Below the pieces are notes generated by a model. The model saw only the letters and a program-made list of their open reading frames with translations, had not been told where the DNA came from and searched no databases. A stretch of DNA of 55,804 nt, the filler included, from Barthelona sp. PAP020 (taxonomy: Eukaryota): the NCBI GenBank assembly GCA_040182905.1. It is 2 parts of 2 records of this genome, joined end to end, with 100 filler letters (N's around TTAATTAATTAA, not from the genome) between each part and the next. Parts side by side here need not be neighbours in the genome. Positions count along the whole stretch, not along the records: positions 27,970 to 55,804 come from JARQWU010000128.1; 1 more part is not named here. One strand, written 5' to 3'. The translations under genes were made by a program, and so were the position numbers. Shown piece after piece: positions 41,738 to 51,787 of the stretch. Each line of letters starts with the position of its first letter. The first letter of the stretch is position 1.

Positions 41738-44700
41738 ATGGAATTTGATTGGAATACAACTCTATTTTTGACACAATATTTCATATTAGTTTTATTATTT
41801 TTATTGTTTCAATTAAATATCAAAAATGATTCGACGAAATCTCAAAAATATGGAACTATTAGAGGCATAATTTCTATTTTATTACTAATTGTGTTTTCTA
41901 TAATAGCTTATGAAAATTTATTAAAATCAAATAATAACAAAATGATTATTTCACCGTTAATATTATTGATTTCTTCAATGTTTATTGGAATAGCTTCTAT
42001 ATTACGTATTTATTATCCATATGGAGCATTTTTAAGTATTTTTAGATATTTTTCCATCTTAATTTTTCATTTTTGTTGTATAATTTATTCAAAGAATGTA
42101 CCCAAACAATATCAATTAATTTTATGTAATTTTGGTAGTATAATGGTTATTGCATTTTTTTTTAGTAGGATATCAGTTTATGAAAAGACTTCAACACGTG
42201 ACTTTCTTTCGTTGTTTTTAAAAAAATTTGATGAAAGACAAAAAATAAACAATCAAATGGCAAATGGAGAACACAATTCAAAAAAAGTTTGTAAAATTAA
42301 CGATAAGACTAATTTTGAAGAATTTTCTTTAGGGAAACGTTTATCTTGGAAAATGTTTGATGATAACGAAGAAAATAAAGATAAAGAAAAGAATGAAAGA
42401 AATTCATTTGAAGATGAGGAAGAAGCATCTCTAATAGATGAGCTTGATTTTAAAGGAGTCAATGACAAAAAATATGAATTGAATTTCATGAAAATTTTTA
42501 TATTTTTTATATTCTTTGTTATAACTTCTTGTATTGCTTCTATATTTTATTTAGAGAATTTATCAAATAAAAAAGAGATTTTCTGTCGAAGTTTACTGTT
42601 TCTAGCCATAATTTTCTTCTATACTGCAATTCCTTCAATACTTTACGTTAAATTTCCTATCTTAGTATTGTTTTTTCTCTTCATTATATTCTTCGGCATA
42701 TTTATTGATTTTTCCGATTTTTTCCCAAATTATGTCAGCTATTTAAGAATAGTCTTTTTATTATCTGGTTTCTTTCATCAAGGTTGTTCTTTACCTTTTG
42801 TCTTTCATTTGGATTTTGAGCAAGATTTTTTTTCTTTTGTAAATGATAGTTTTGATCATCATAAAACTATATATAAACCTTTATTACATCATAGATATTC
42901 TATTTTGAATCTTAAACCAATGGTTTTTTTTCTTGCATTATTTTTGGAGACATTTATGGAATTGATATATTTTGATGGAATCAATACCTTCTTATTTACT
43001 TCAATCTTTTACAGTTACACGTTTTTAGGTACTTTTTTTAGTTATTTCCTTCAAAAAACCATAATTACTGATTATCATATCTTAAGAGACACATTTGCTT
43101 ATGCAGACTTCAATTTTAATCGTCAAAATATTAAAGATGGTGAAAAATTTGATTGTTCCACTGATGATGAGATTCAATCTCAAAACATTAAACACCAAAC
43201 AAATGTAGGTATTGTAGCACCTTTTCCTTCACCAAATTCTTCAGCTCAAGCTAATATTTCATCAAGTACTGCAGAAAATGATTCTTATTTACATCAATCA
43301 GATAATTCTCATAAAAATGAACACTATCAAAGTCTTAGCATCAATGACACCAAAAATAATTTGTTCCATCGAAGTCAATCACCATTTTTTTGGTCAGTAA
43401 ATAATAATAATGTTAAACACGATGTTTCAAATATCTCTAGTCCTCAAATTGTTAATAATTTGGAGAATATTTCTCTTTCTGCTGATGAGAATAGTGAAAA
43501 TATTGAAAATCCCAAAAAATCAATTCAGCAAACCCAAATAAATTCACTAAATTTAAAAGATATTGACTTTCCAAATTCAAACGATATTGTCAGTAATTCT
43601 AATAAATTTGCTGGACATTCATCACAAAGTTCACCTAAACAACGAGAAAGATCAAAATTATCAAAAAAATTTGAAAGTTTGGAAAAAAGAGAAATTTCAC
43701 AATCTTACAATGCTTCAAACACTTTCAATGGTAAAACAAATGCATTTGAAACCATGGTTCATCCAAATACGAATTCTGACGATTTTGATTTAACCATGAA
43801 CATTCAAAACGTTGAATCAGAAAATCGTTTGAATTTGCTCAATAGTATTTTTCAAGATTTTTTTGTTTCAAAACGATACTCTAGGTACAACAAACTATTT
43901 TTTGTTAGCGTTATTCTTTTCATTGTATGTGCTTATTTATTGATTTACTTTTTAACTCAATTGTATTGTTCTTTTAATTTTGCAGAATTTGGGGTGGTTC
44001 CTCTGTGGTTTTTATTCTATCTCTGTTTTCTACCGCCATTTTTATTAATTTGTCATCTTACGTTTGAATTAGGAAAAATTGCCAATTTTCAATCAATATT
44101 TGAGCAAAATATTGGTGAAGCACTGTTGAATTCAGATTCCCATTTTTCTTCAACTTCAATTACCACTTCAGATAGTCAAAAGAATATGGAGCATAATAAT
44201 AGCAATCAAAATACCTTTTCTGGACATTTAACCGGTACAATAAGTGGTACTATTAGTGCTATGGGTACAGGAGGTACAGGAGGTACAGGAGGTACTTTAG
44301 GAACGATTAACACAACTGGTGGTTCTTACATTGGTACCTTGAGTGGAAGTGGTAGTGGGAACAACAATAGCTATCAATTAAACGAAATTAACTTTTGTAA
44401 TTCCAACACAAATACTTATACTTATATAAAAGAAGAAGAAAATGATGATAATCATGATGAAATAGAAGAAGAAGAACAAACAAAAGGTGAAGAGAAAGCA
44501 GAAGATTTTGGTGACCTTTTAAACATATCTGAATTGGAACGTAATACTGTATATAAACTACACCAAAATCATGCAAAACGTAAAAATACATTGAAAAAGA
44601 AATCCTTTTTCAGTTTTAATTTTGGATTCGAAGACTACAGTTGGGATTTCTTTTGTGAAGATTTAAACGGTAGTGAAAATGGAGGAGGAGTAATGTATGG

Positions 44701-46498
44701 GGAACTTGAGATATTTTTTGAGATATTTAAATTGCAACGTAAGGTTAACAGTTTAAAAACTCTTTTAATCGTTATTTTGATGACTATCATTATTTTTGCT
44801 TGGTTTTATACTTTTGTCTATGATGATTTAATTGTTTTAACGTTAGTTGACATGTTTTATTCTCTTCTTTGTTTAATTATTATATTCATATCTGATAAAG
44901 GAGCTCTTAAAACCAAATATGGGACATATTTTTTAAATATAACCTTTTATTTTATTAAGATGAGCAAAATTTTGAAAAACGCTGAGGCTTTTTCAAATCC
45001 TACATATATTTATCCATTATTCGTTATTTTGAAGGCTTTAATAATAGTTTTATGGATCATTATTGTATTATATAGTATTTTCAATGATTTCAATCTGACA
45101 GAGTTGATTTTAAATCTTTCGATAATAATTGTAGCCACATTGAGTGAATTGTTTTTGTTTTTTAATTTTGAAGAAAAATCAAAATTGTATTGTTTTCAAT
45201 TGTATTCAATGATTATCTATATAACAATCATTTTATTGTCAATCACCAAAAAGCTTTTTCATCCTCGAATTTTTTGGTCACTTGTCTTTTTTTGGTTCCT
45301 TTTAATAATAATTTATGGTGATTCAATCCCATTGTTTTTTTCTTCTAAAGTCCAAAAAATTGCATTTGTAATTGAAGTTCATCAATTTTTTTATTGTTTT
45401 CATATAATTTGGGAGATTTGTCCTGGTTTAATTACCGGTTCCTTCATTGGATTGAAATCAATATGTGTTTTGAATAGAGCTTTGCCTTGTTTTAAATGTC
45501 AGTTTAAACAATTCACAACTCAAGAGTTTGTTGATAACAATGATCTGAATAATTGGCAGATTGAGGATGTTAGTTCTGATTTGGGTAAATTTTTTTCTTT
45601 AATTTTCATCCAAAATATTATGATAGTTTATTTGCTAACGTTTTCTTTTCACTTTTTTTTCCTATATTGCTTTGTCTTCAACATGTTCTTTTACGTTTTA
45701 ATTAAATATCATTTGAATAGTTCCACAGGTTGTGTTTTAGCCCATTTTGATTGTTATTTAAATATTGATGTTGTTAAGAGGTATTTGGAGCAATTATCTA
45801 AATTATCAATGACTTCTAAGAACCATCGATACAAAACAGCATCATCAAACCAATCTTCTACTCAAAATGTAGCTCATAATCACAATATTTGTACTGATCT
45901 CAACATGGCCAATGTTGATGAGCTTGACGCTGTTGAAACTGATATTGAGCCTCAAATTGAATTTGAAATTGATATGAATAATGTCAGACATTCAGGTTCA
46001 ATACCAAAAACAGTTTCAATACCAAATGTTGCACGCAGTCAATCAACAGATTTGGATACAAATATGGACTTTGTTGAATTAACAAATATTGATGATGAAC
46101 TACAATCTACCACTACTTTTGAAGATGAAGACCACATTGAATTATGTCAAATCGATTACTTGTTATTGAATGTTCAATCTCATTTTTCTCATTTTCTTTT
46201 GATTGACATGTTGATGAAAGAAGAAAAAAAAAGTAAATTTCAATTGGGCAAATTTTTTTCCAATTATTCCATTATGTTTGATTCTTTTCATTTTGTATGG
46301 CTAAATGAACAATCAAAGCGACAAATTGCAATTGAATTCAAAGATTGGCTCCTCTTAAATGATGATGAAAAGTTTGTGGAAGAAGATGGGAAAAATTTCA
46401 TAAGAATGAATAAACAAACTTTAGAAAGAGAAAAACGTATGATTTGGCAACGTTTATTGAGTCCAAGTGCCGGTACATCTGAACCAGAAGATTTTTGA
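41738..46498 (+). CDS. Large multipass membrane protein (1586 aa) with low-complexity loops; possible calpain-less relative of the 1156-6777 protein
   Basis: More than 20 hydrophobic segments separated by N/S/E-rich loops; juxtamembrane C-terminal segments resemble those of the TML-calpain-like protein. Confidence 0.6.
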   Translation: MEFDWNTTLFLTQYFILVLLFLLFQLNIKNDSTKSQKYGTIRGIISILLLIVFSIIAYENLLKSNNNKMIISPLILLISSMFIGIASILRIYYPYGAFLSIFRYFSILIFHFCCIIYSKNVPKQYQLILCNFGSIMVIAFFFSRISVYEKTSTRDFLSLFLKKFDERQKINNQMANGEHNSKKVCKINDKTNFEEFSLGKRLSWKMFDDNEENKDKEKNERNSFEDEEEASLIDELDFKGVNDKKYELNFMKIFIFFIFFVITSCIASIFYLENLSNKKEIFCRSLLFLAIIFFYTAIPSILYVKFPILVLFFLFIIFFGIFIDFSDFFPNYVSYLRIVFLLSGFFHQGCSLPFVFHLDFEQDFFSFVNDSFDHHKTIYKPLLHHRYSILNLKPMVFFLALFLETFMELIYFDGINTFLFTSIFYSYTFLGTFFSYFLQKTIITDYHILRDTFAYADFNFNRQNIKDGEKFDCSTDDEIQSQNIKHQTNVGIVAPFPSPNSSAQANISSSTAENDSYLHQSDNSHKNEHYQSLSINDTKNNLFHRSQSPFFWSVNNNNVKHDVSNISSPQIVNNLENISLSADENSENIENPKKSIQQTQINSLNLKDIDFPNSNDIVSNSNKFAGHSSQSSPKQRERSKLSKKFESLEKREISQSYNASNTFNGKTNAFETMVHPNTNSDDFDLTMNIQNVESENRLNLLNSIFQDFFVSKRYSRYNKLFFVSVILFIVCAYLLIYFLTQLYCSFNFAEFGVVPLWFLFYLCFLPPFLLICHLTFELGKIANFQSIFEQNIGEALLNSDSHFSSTSITTSDSQKNMEHNNSNQNTFSGHLTGTISGTISAMGTGGTGGTGGTLGTINTTGGSYIGTLSGSGSGNNNSYQLNEINFCNSNTNTYTYIKEEENDDNHDEIEEEEQTKGEEKAEDFGDLLNISELERNTVYKLHQNHAKRKNTLKKKSFFSFNFGFEDYSWDFFCEDLNGSENGGGVMYGELEIFFEIFKLQRKVNSLKTLLIVILMTIIIFAWFYTFVYDDLIVLTLVDMFYSLLCLIIIFISDKGALKTKYGTYFLNITFYFIKMSKILKNAEAFSNPTYIYPLFVILKALIIVLWIIIVLYSIFNDFNLTELILNLSIIIVATLSELFLFFNFEEKSKLYCFQLYSMIIYITIILLSITKKLFHPRIFWSLVFFWFLLIIIYGDSIPLFFSSKVQKIAFVIEVHQFFYCFHIIWEICPGLITGSFIGLKSICVLNRALPCFKCQFKQFTTQEFVDNNDLNNWQIEDVSSDLGKFFSLIFIQNIMIVYLLTFSFHFFFLYCFVFNMFFYVLIKYHLNSSTGCVLAHFDCYLNIDVVKRYLEQLSKLSMTSKNHRYKTASSNQSSTQNVAHNHNICTDLNMANVDELDAVETDIEPQIEFEIDMNNVRHSGSIPKTVSIPNVARSQSTDLDTNMDFVELTNIDDELQSTTTFEDEDHIELCQIDYLLLNVQSHFSHFLLIDMLMKEEKKSKFQLGKFFSNYSIMFDSFHFVWLNEQSKRQIAIEFKDWLLLNDDEKFVEEDGKNFIRMNKQTLEREKRMIWQRLLSPSAGTSEPEDF
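44264..44295 (+). repeat. Coding 9-bp tandem repeat (ggtacagga) x3.5 encoding GTGGTGGTGGT
   Basis: Read directly in the sequence. Confidence 0.85.
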
Positions 46499-46645
46499 TT
46501 TTCTGTTTTTCTGTTTTTTTAATAAATTAGTTGTATATTTGTATTTATTTATTTTTTTTTGAGGGTCTTTGAAAAAGTTTGGAATGAAAGGAAACTAACA
46601 GAAGAGAAAATAAACAAAAGAGGCATAATTTATTTACATTCTTTT

Positions 46646-47053
46646 TTACAATGATCTGTATCCTTCAACAGCATTACCCCATAGTTTTTCAACAATTCCA
46701 GTCTTCACAACAGTACCATCAGTTTTGACTAAAACGAGATTTGGAATACCATGAATACCAAAATGATTGGCGATTTCGTTACAATCATTTCCATGAGGAA
46801 CAGCAGGCCAAGGCATCGATAATTCTTCCATATACTCTCTTTGTTGTTGAGGAGAACGATCAAGTGAAACAAAAACAACTTCCAAATCTTCTCTCTTAAC
46901 AGTATTATAAGCTTGAACTAATTGAGGGGTAAATTGACGACAAGGAGGGCACCAATGAGCACTTGCATAAAATAAAATGTTTTTTCCAGTTAAAGAAGAA
47001 GAATCAACATAGTTTCCATTCTTCAATAACAATTTTTGAGGCAATAAATTCAT
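46646..47053 (-). CDS. Single-domain nucleoredoxin/tryparedoxin-like thioredoxin
   Basis: FYASAHWCPPCRQFTPQL, LEVVFVSLD, MPWPAVP, GIPNLVLV. Confidence 0.93.
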   Translation of the reverse strand: MNLLPQKLLLKNGNYVDSSSLTGKNILFYASAHWCPPCRQFTPQLVQAYNTVKREDLEVVFVSLDRSPQQQREYMEELSMPWPAVPHGNDCNEIANHFGIHGIPNLVLVKTDGTVVKTGIVEKLWGNAVEGYRSL

Positions 47054-47493
47054 TCTAATATTTTTCGTTTAATAAAAATATGATAATAAGATATTTAAGG
47101 CAAATCCAAACTTCATCAAAAAAATTCTAGTGATTGGAATTGTAGAAAGCGGATTTTTCAGATAATTTCGAGATCTTTATTCACCTGCAACTTCAAAAAA
47201 ATGACAAAATTTAATACATGAATAAAGTTTCCACATTTAAAAGATAGAAAAAAAAAAAAATTTATATTTACTTTTAAAAATTTTGAAATTATTGAAAGAA
47301 TTGACATTTCTTTATGAAAAATATTAATACCTGGGTTAAAATAAAATTTGAAAGCAATTAATTTTTAAAAAAGAAAGATATTCTCCATTTGAGATTTGAT
47401 TGAAGGATCATTATTTTCAATTGAAATCCTTCTATTTGAGACACTTGGAGATAAACATAATAAATTCATCAATAGAATAAAAAATAAGGGTAT

Positions 47494-49416
47494 TTACTTT
47501 TGAGGAATATTAATCAAAACCATGGGAGTTTCGTTATTGTCTTTGTCAAATTCAGAATCAACAATGAAATTTCCAACTCTTTCTAATTGAATAATAGAAC
47601 CTTTCTTAACGTTTCTTAACTCAAATTCACCAAAAGCTGATTCAATTCGTAATGAATCCTTGTTGAATACATCAACACATGATTCATCTTCTTCAGGTAA
47701 TCTTGTTACCAAATCTCCGTAATATCTCAATTCAAGTTTGGTTAAATCTTGATCAACAGATAACCAATGAGATTTAAGTTTGGGTTTTCTTGGATCAATT
47801 TCTTTGTTGAAAGCTAATTTCACTGAAATTTGATTCTCAGCTTCAACATTGACCTCAACAACATCACAACCACCTAAATGCATAAGTGTTAATTGACTTG
47901 GTTTCTTTGTAATAGCCTTAACATCGAGTTCATCAAGAAGAAGATTGTTGCTGACTGCAACTCTTCTGCTACCTAATTCAGTTTTATGACGATGGAAAAC
48001 AATGTCCAAAGAATCAGTTTCAATATTCTCAACAGTTGCATTGATTTTCACTTCGTTTTGACGAACTGCAATGTAACGTGGAATAATAGGATCAATAATT
48101 TGTTTGTTTAAGGAGTATAACTTACTCCAATCGTGTTCATTGTCTCTTTTAGAACCACCTTGAGATAAAATAAAGGTACGAATGGTTTCGACAGTAATTC
48201 CTCTACGAAGAAGTCCTCTGACAGTTGGTAATCTGGGGTCAGACCATCCATCAACAAGTCCAGCCTCAACAAGCTCCTTTAACTTACGTTTTGACATTAA
48301 AGTATTGGCAAAATTCATGGATGAAAAAGCAGCAATGTTAGGAGATTCAAAACCAGCCTGTTCTGCAACATAACGATACAAGGGATCGTGTTCATTGTAT
48401 TCCGTAGTTCTGAAAGCATGTGTAATACCTTCCATTGCATCCATCATAGAACAGACAAAATCATATGTGGGATAAGCCTTATATTTTGTTCCATGAACAG
48501 CATGAGGCTTGTCAATGCAACGGAAAACAACAGGATCCCTCAATACACCATTTGAACTGGTTGGATCAAGCATTAAACGAAGACAATACGTTTTACCACG
48601 TTCCGTTCCATTCCACATCTCATCAAACATTGCTCTGGACTCAGCAATACTTCTTTCACGGGAGGGTGAAGGTTTACGGTTAAATCTCAACTTTGAGATT
48701 TCATCTCCCGGTAAATCTTCCATGTAAGCAAGATTACGTTCAATAAAGTCAATAGCCTTATCTCTGAAAAAATCAAAATAATCAGAAGTATGAGTGATAT
48801 CACCAATTTTGACACCCATCGCCTGAAGATCTTCAATAATAGCCTCTTCAAAAGAACCTTCTTCTTTTTCAGGATTTGTATCATCAAAACGAATATGCAT
48901 TCTTCCTTCATAGTGCTTGGCATAATACTCATTGACTAAAAGAGCTTTCATATGACCAATATGTAAATATCCAGATGGCTCAGGTGGGAATCTAGTGCAA
49001 ACTTTGCCATGAATGGCATTTGGCAAAGGTTTCATCGAAGCAGATGCATGATCTTTGGTACGGCTACCACGAACTCCACCTTTAGGTCCTTCTTTAGCTT
49101 CTTCTTCTTCTTCAATTTTTGTTTCTTTGATTTCCTCAACAACAACAAATCTGTCTTTAATAAATTCCATAAAAGCTTGATATTGAGAATTTTCGTTCAT
49201 GAAAGTAAACCAACGACGCAAATGAACGAGCTTAGGATTTTTCAAATGATTTTGAAATTTTTTTAACTCAGAAAGTTTAAGATGAACAGAAACATCTTCA
49301 ACACTAAGTGTTGTACCATGAAGAAAGACCCGGTATTCCAAATAATTATTTAAAGCCAAACACACATTAAATAAATTATCATCTTTAATTTCCAAATTTA
49401 GAAAATTGAATTGCAT
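47494..49416 (-). CDS. Cytosolic glutamyl-tRNA synthetase with N-terminal GST-C-like domain, not fused to ProRS
   Basis: ATG at 49416; TRFPPEPSGYLHIGH, RFDDTNP, YPTYDF, EGITHAFRTTEY, MSKRKL, GWSDPRLPTVRG, IQLERVG. Confidence 0.95.
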   Translation of the reverse strand: MQFNFLNLEIKDDNLFNVCLALNNYLEYRVFLHGTTLSVEDVSVHLKLSELKKFQNHLKNPKLVHLRRWFTFMNENSQYQAFMEFIKDRFVVVEEIKETKIEEEEEAKEGPKGGVRGSRTKDHASASMKPLPNAIHGKVCTRFPPEPSGYLHIGHMKALLVNEYYAKHYEGRMHIRFDDTNPEKEEGSFEEAIIEDLQAMGVKIGDITHTSDYFDFFRDKAIDFIERNLAYMEDLPGDEISKLRFNRKPSPSRERSIAESRAMFDEMWNGTERGKTYCLRLMLDPTSSNGVLRDPVVFRCIDKPHAVHGTKYKAYPTYDFVCSMMDAMEGITHAFRTTEYNEHDPLYRYVAEQAGFESPNIAAFSSMNFANTLMSKRKLKELVEAGLVDGWSDPRLPTVRGLLRRGITVETIRTFILSQGGSKRDNEHDWSKLYSLNKQIIDPIIPRYIAVRQNEVKINATVENIETDSLDIVFHRHKTELGSRRVAVSNNLLLDELDVKAITKKPSQLTLMHLGGCDVVEVNVEAENQISVKLAFNKEIDPRKPKLKSHWLSVDQDLTKLELRYYGDLVTRLPEEDESCVDVFNKDSLRIESAFGEFELRNVKKGSIIQLERVGNFIVDSEFDKDNNETPMVLINIPQK

Positions 49417-49481
49417 TTTGATAAAAAAAAAAATGTGAAAACAATTTTTTAATTTTTTTTCTAATATATTTATCAAAACAA

Positions 49482-50744
49482 ATGTTTAATGGATACATCC
49501 TATGTTTACATTTAATATTTGTGACGGTTATTCTTTGTTCAGAATTAACTTTAAAACCACCTTTTAATGATAATCAAAAATCGAAACAATTATGGAGCAT
49601 TTCCGGTGTTGCTTCATGGACAGATAATTCTGTAAAATTGACTCCATTATCTACTCATCGAAATGGGGCTGTTAGTTGTTCAAAACCAATAAAACATTCT
49701 CAATTTATTGCTACAGCTCAATTTAGGATTCAAGGAATGAAGTTATTAGGTGGAGATGGTTTGGCTATGTGGTTTATCGATCGTCCTTTTGAATTAGGCA
49801 ATGTTTTGGGTGGAAAAGATCAATTCAAAGGTATGGCCATTTTACTGGACACATTTCCAAACAATTACAGATCATTTGACAAAGTGCCTCGAATTCAAGT
49901 GTATATTAATGACGGCTCTAAATTTTATGATAAATCTGGTGATGGACAACGAAATGAAGTCGTTGGTTGCAAAGCTCCTCTTCGAAATAACGATAATTTG
50001 AAGGTTAAGGTTGTATATGATGGTCATATAGCAATTATATCTTATGCTACTGACATTGATTTCCAAAGTTGGATAGAATGTGGACGTGTTGAAGTCACTC
50101 TTCCGTATCCTATCTATCTTGGTGTATCTGCTGAAACTGGAGATGTTGCAGATGTGCATGAATTATTGTCTTACGGTATTGAATTGAAAGGTAACATTGT
50201 TCAGGAAAGTCAGGCAAACTTAGGTGCTACACCACCAGCTTTGATTGATAAAATTTCTGTTCAGATGCAAGAGCTATTAAGAAACAACAATAATGCTAAG
50301 TCTTTGGATAAATTCGATGAGATTCAGGATCAATTAGATAAGTTGGGAAAGACTCTTTTAAATTCAACTTTGATGATGCAAGGAATGGTTGGAGATTATT
50401 CAATTCTTAGAGACCAATTTTCTGCTTTTGAAGAAACAGTTGGCGGTACTTTGAAAAAAATTGAAAGTGTTTCTGATGAATTGCAAAAAGTTAAACTAAT
50501 TATTGACATGATGGAAAAACAACAACTTCAAATCAAGGATTTAACTAAGAGTTTGGAAATTATGGATTCTAAACAAAATCAATTGACAAACATTCTAACC
50601 AATCATTTGGAAAACAGCAATAATCAGTCTAGTAATCTGCCTTTTATTGTTATTGTATGTTTGTCCATTATAGTTTTACTGTTAATTGTAAAATCGGTCA
50701 CTTCTAAAAGAACTTTAATGAGAAGAGCAAGTAAATTAATGTAA
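49482..50744 (+). CDS. ERGIC-53/VIP36/Emp47-like L-type lectin cargo receptor
   Basis: Signal peptide; GGDGLAMWF, FKGMAILLDTFPN, YLGVSAETGDVADVHE; coiled-coil stalk; single TM; short basic tail RRASKLM. Confidence 0.9.
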   Translation: MFNGYILCLHLIFVTVILCSELTLKPPFNDNQKSKQLWSISGVASWTDNSVKLTPLSTHRNGAVSCSKPIKHSQFIATAQFRIQGMKLLGGDGLAMWFIDRPFELGNVLGGKDQFKGMAILLDTFPNNYRSFDKVPRIQVYINDGSKFYDKSGDGQRNEVVGCKAPLRNNDNLKVKVVYDGHIAIISYATDIDFQSWIECGRVEVTLPYPIYLGVSAETGDVADVHELLSYGIELKGNIVQESQANLGATPPALIDKISVQMQELLRNNNNAKSLDKFDEIQDQLDKLGKTLLNSTLMMQGMVGDYSILRDQFSAFEETVGGTLKKIESVSDELQKVKLIIDMMEKQQLQIKDLTKSLEIMDSKQNQLTNILTNHLENSNNQSSNLPFIVIVCLSIIVLLLIVKSVTSKRTLMRRASKLM

Positions 50745-50949
50745 ATAAAATAATCATGATAGTTTATTTACTCCATTAAATAAAGTTTCTGTTTGTTTTT
50801 TTTTTGTAAAAAAGTTTTTTTTTTTGTAAAAATTATCATAATCATTGTAAATTTAAACAATATTTATCAACTTGGAAATTCAATGAGAAAATTATTTATT
50901 GAAAAAAAATAAATTTTTCTTTCTTCAATTTTCCAATTGCTTTTTTTTA

Positions 50950-51507
50950 ATGAGAATCCTTCTTGTTTGCGCATTACTTGCCCTTGCTTTTGCTAAATAT
51001 CAAGTGTCTGATGAAGCCGAGTGTATCATCGATTGTTTAAATCATGATAACCAAGAAGAATGTCTTGCACATTGTATTGGTTTCGATCAAATCACCAAAA
51101 TGAAAGAAATTTGTAAGAAAGTTAATATTGCTGATGAAGAATGTGTTCAAGTCACTATTGAACAATTTGTTTTATCTGAACTTGAACAAGCTGCTGATAA
51201 TTTAGAAGATGGTGAATCTATTAGTTTTGAAGAAGTCCAAAATAGAATTGAAAATGGTTTCTTCAAAAAAGTTAAGAAAATTGGAAAGAAAATTACCAAA
51301 GGCGTTAAGAAAGTTGTTAAGAAAGTTAAAAAAGTTGTTAAGAAAGGTTGGAAATGGGTTACAAAGACCAGTAAACTTATTTATAAGTTGGGAAAAAAAC
51401 TTTACAATAATGTTATGAAGATTTGTCACGCTTTCGGATATTCTGACATTGAAAGCTGTGCTGAAGATGTTTATGAAGTTGCAAAGATTGTTGCCGCTTG
51501 TGCCTAA
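50950..51507 (+). CDS. Secreted 185-aa protein: signal peptide, acidic Cys-containing pro-region, Lys-rich amphipathic helix (antimicrobial-peptide-precursor-like)
   Basis: ATG at 50950, MRILLVCALLALAFA; acidic segment; then GFFKKVKKIGKKITKGVKKVVKKVKKVVKKGWKWVTK. Confidence 0.7.
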   Translation: MRILLVCALLALAFAKYQVSDEAECIIDCLNHDNQEECLAHCIGFDQITKMKEICKKVNIADEECVQVTIEQFVLSELEQAADNLEDGESISFEEVQNRIENGFFKKVKKIGKKITKGVKKVVKKVKKVVKKGWKWVTKTSKLIYKLGKKLYNNVMKICHAFGYSDIESCAEDVYEVAKIVAACA

Positions 51508-51787
51508 GAAAAAATTCTAATGTAAATGATTAATTTTTTTGTTGTTTAATTGTTTCAAAGAGTTTGTTGTAATATCAAACAATAATATCAAACGCAACAT
51601 GATAAACTATGATTATTTCACTTGTTTTAAACAGTTCATCACTCATTTCAGTTTTTAAAAAGAAAGTAGTCAAGAAAAAGAAATCAATCCATGCACGGAA
51701 AAAGGCTTAAATGCAAATGCTTGAACAAAAGCCAAATTTTCAAAATGCGACAACAAAAGAACATCAAATTTATTCAAAAAAAAAACA

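Noticed and set aside
220..47306. Recurring TGTCA/TGACA in intergenic regions (e.g. 220, 260, 7078, 22456, 26501, 34719, 39933, 47202)
   Set aside because: A 5-mer of this composition is expected often by chance, and its position relative to ATGs is inconsistent. A genome-wide enrichment test would be needed.
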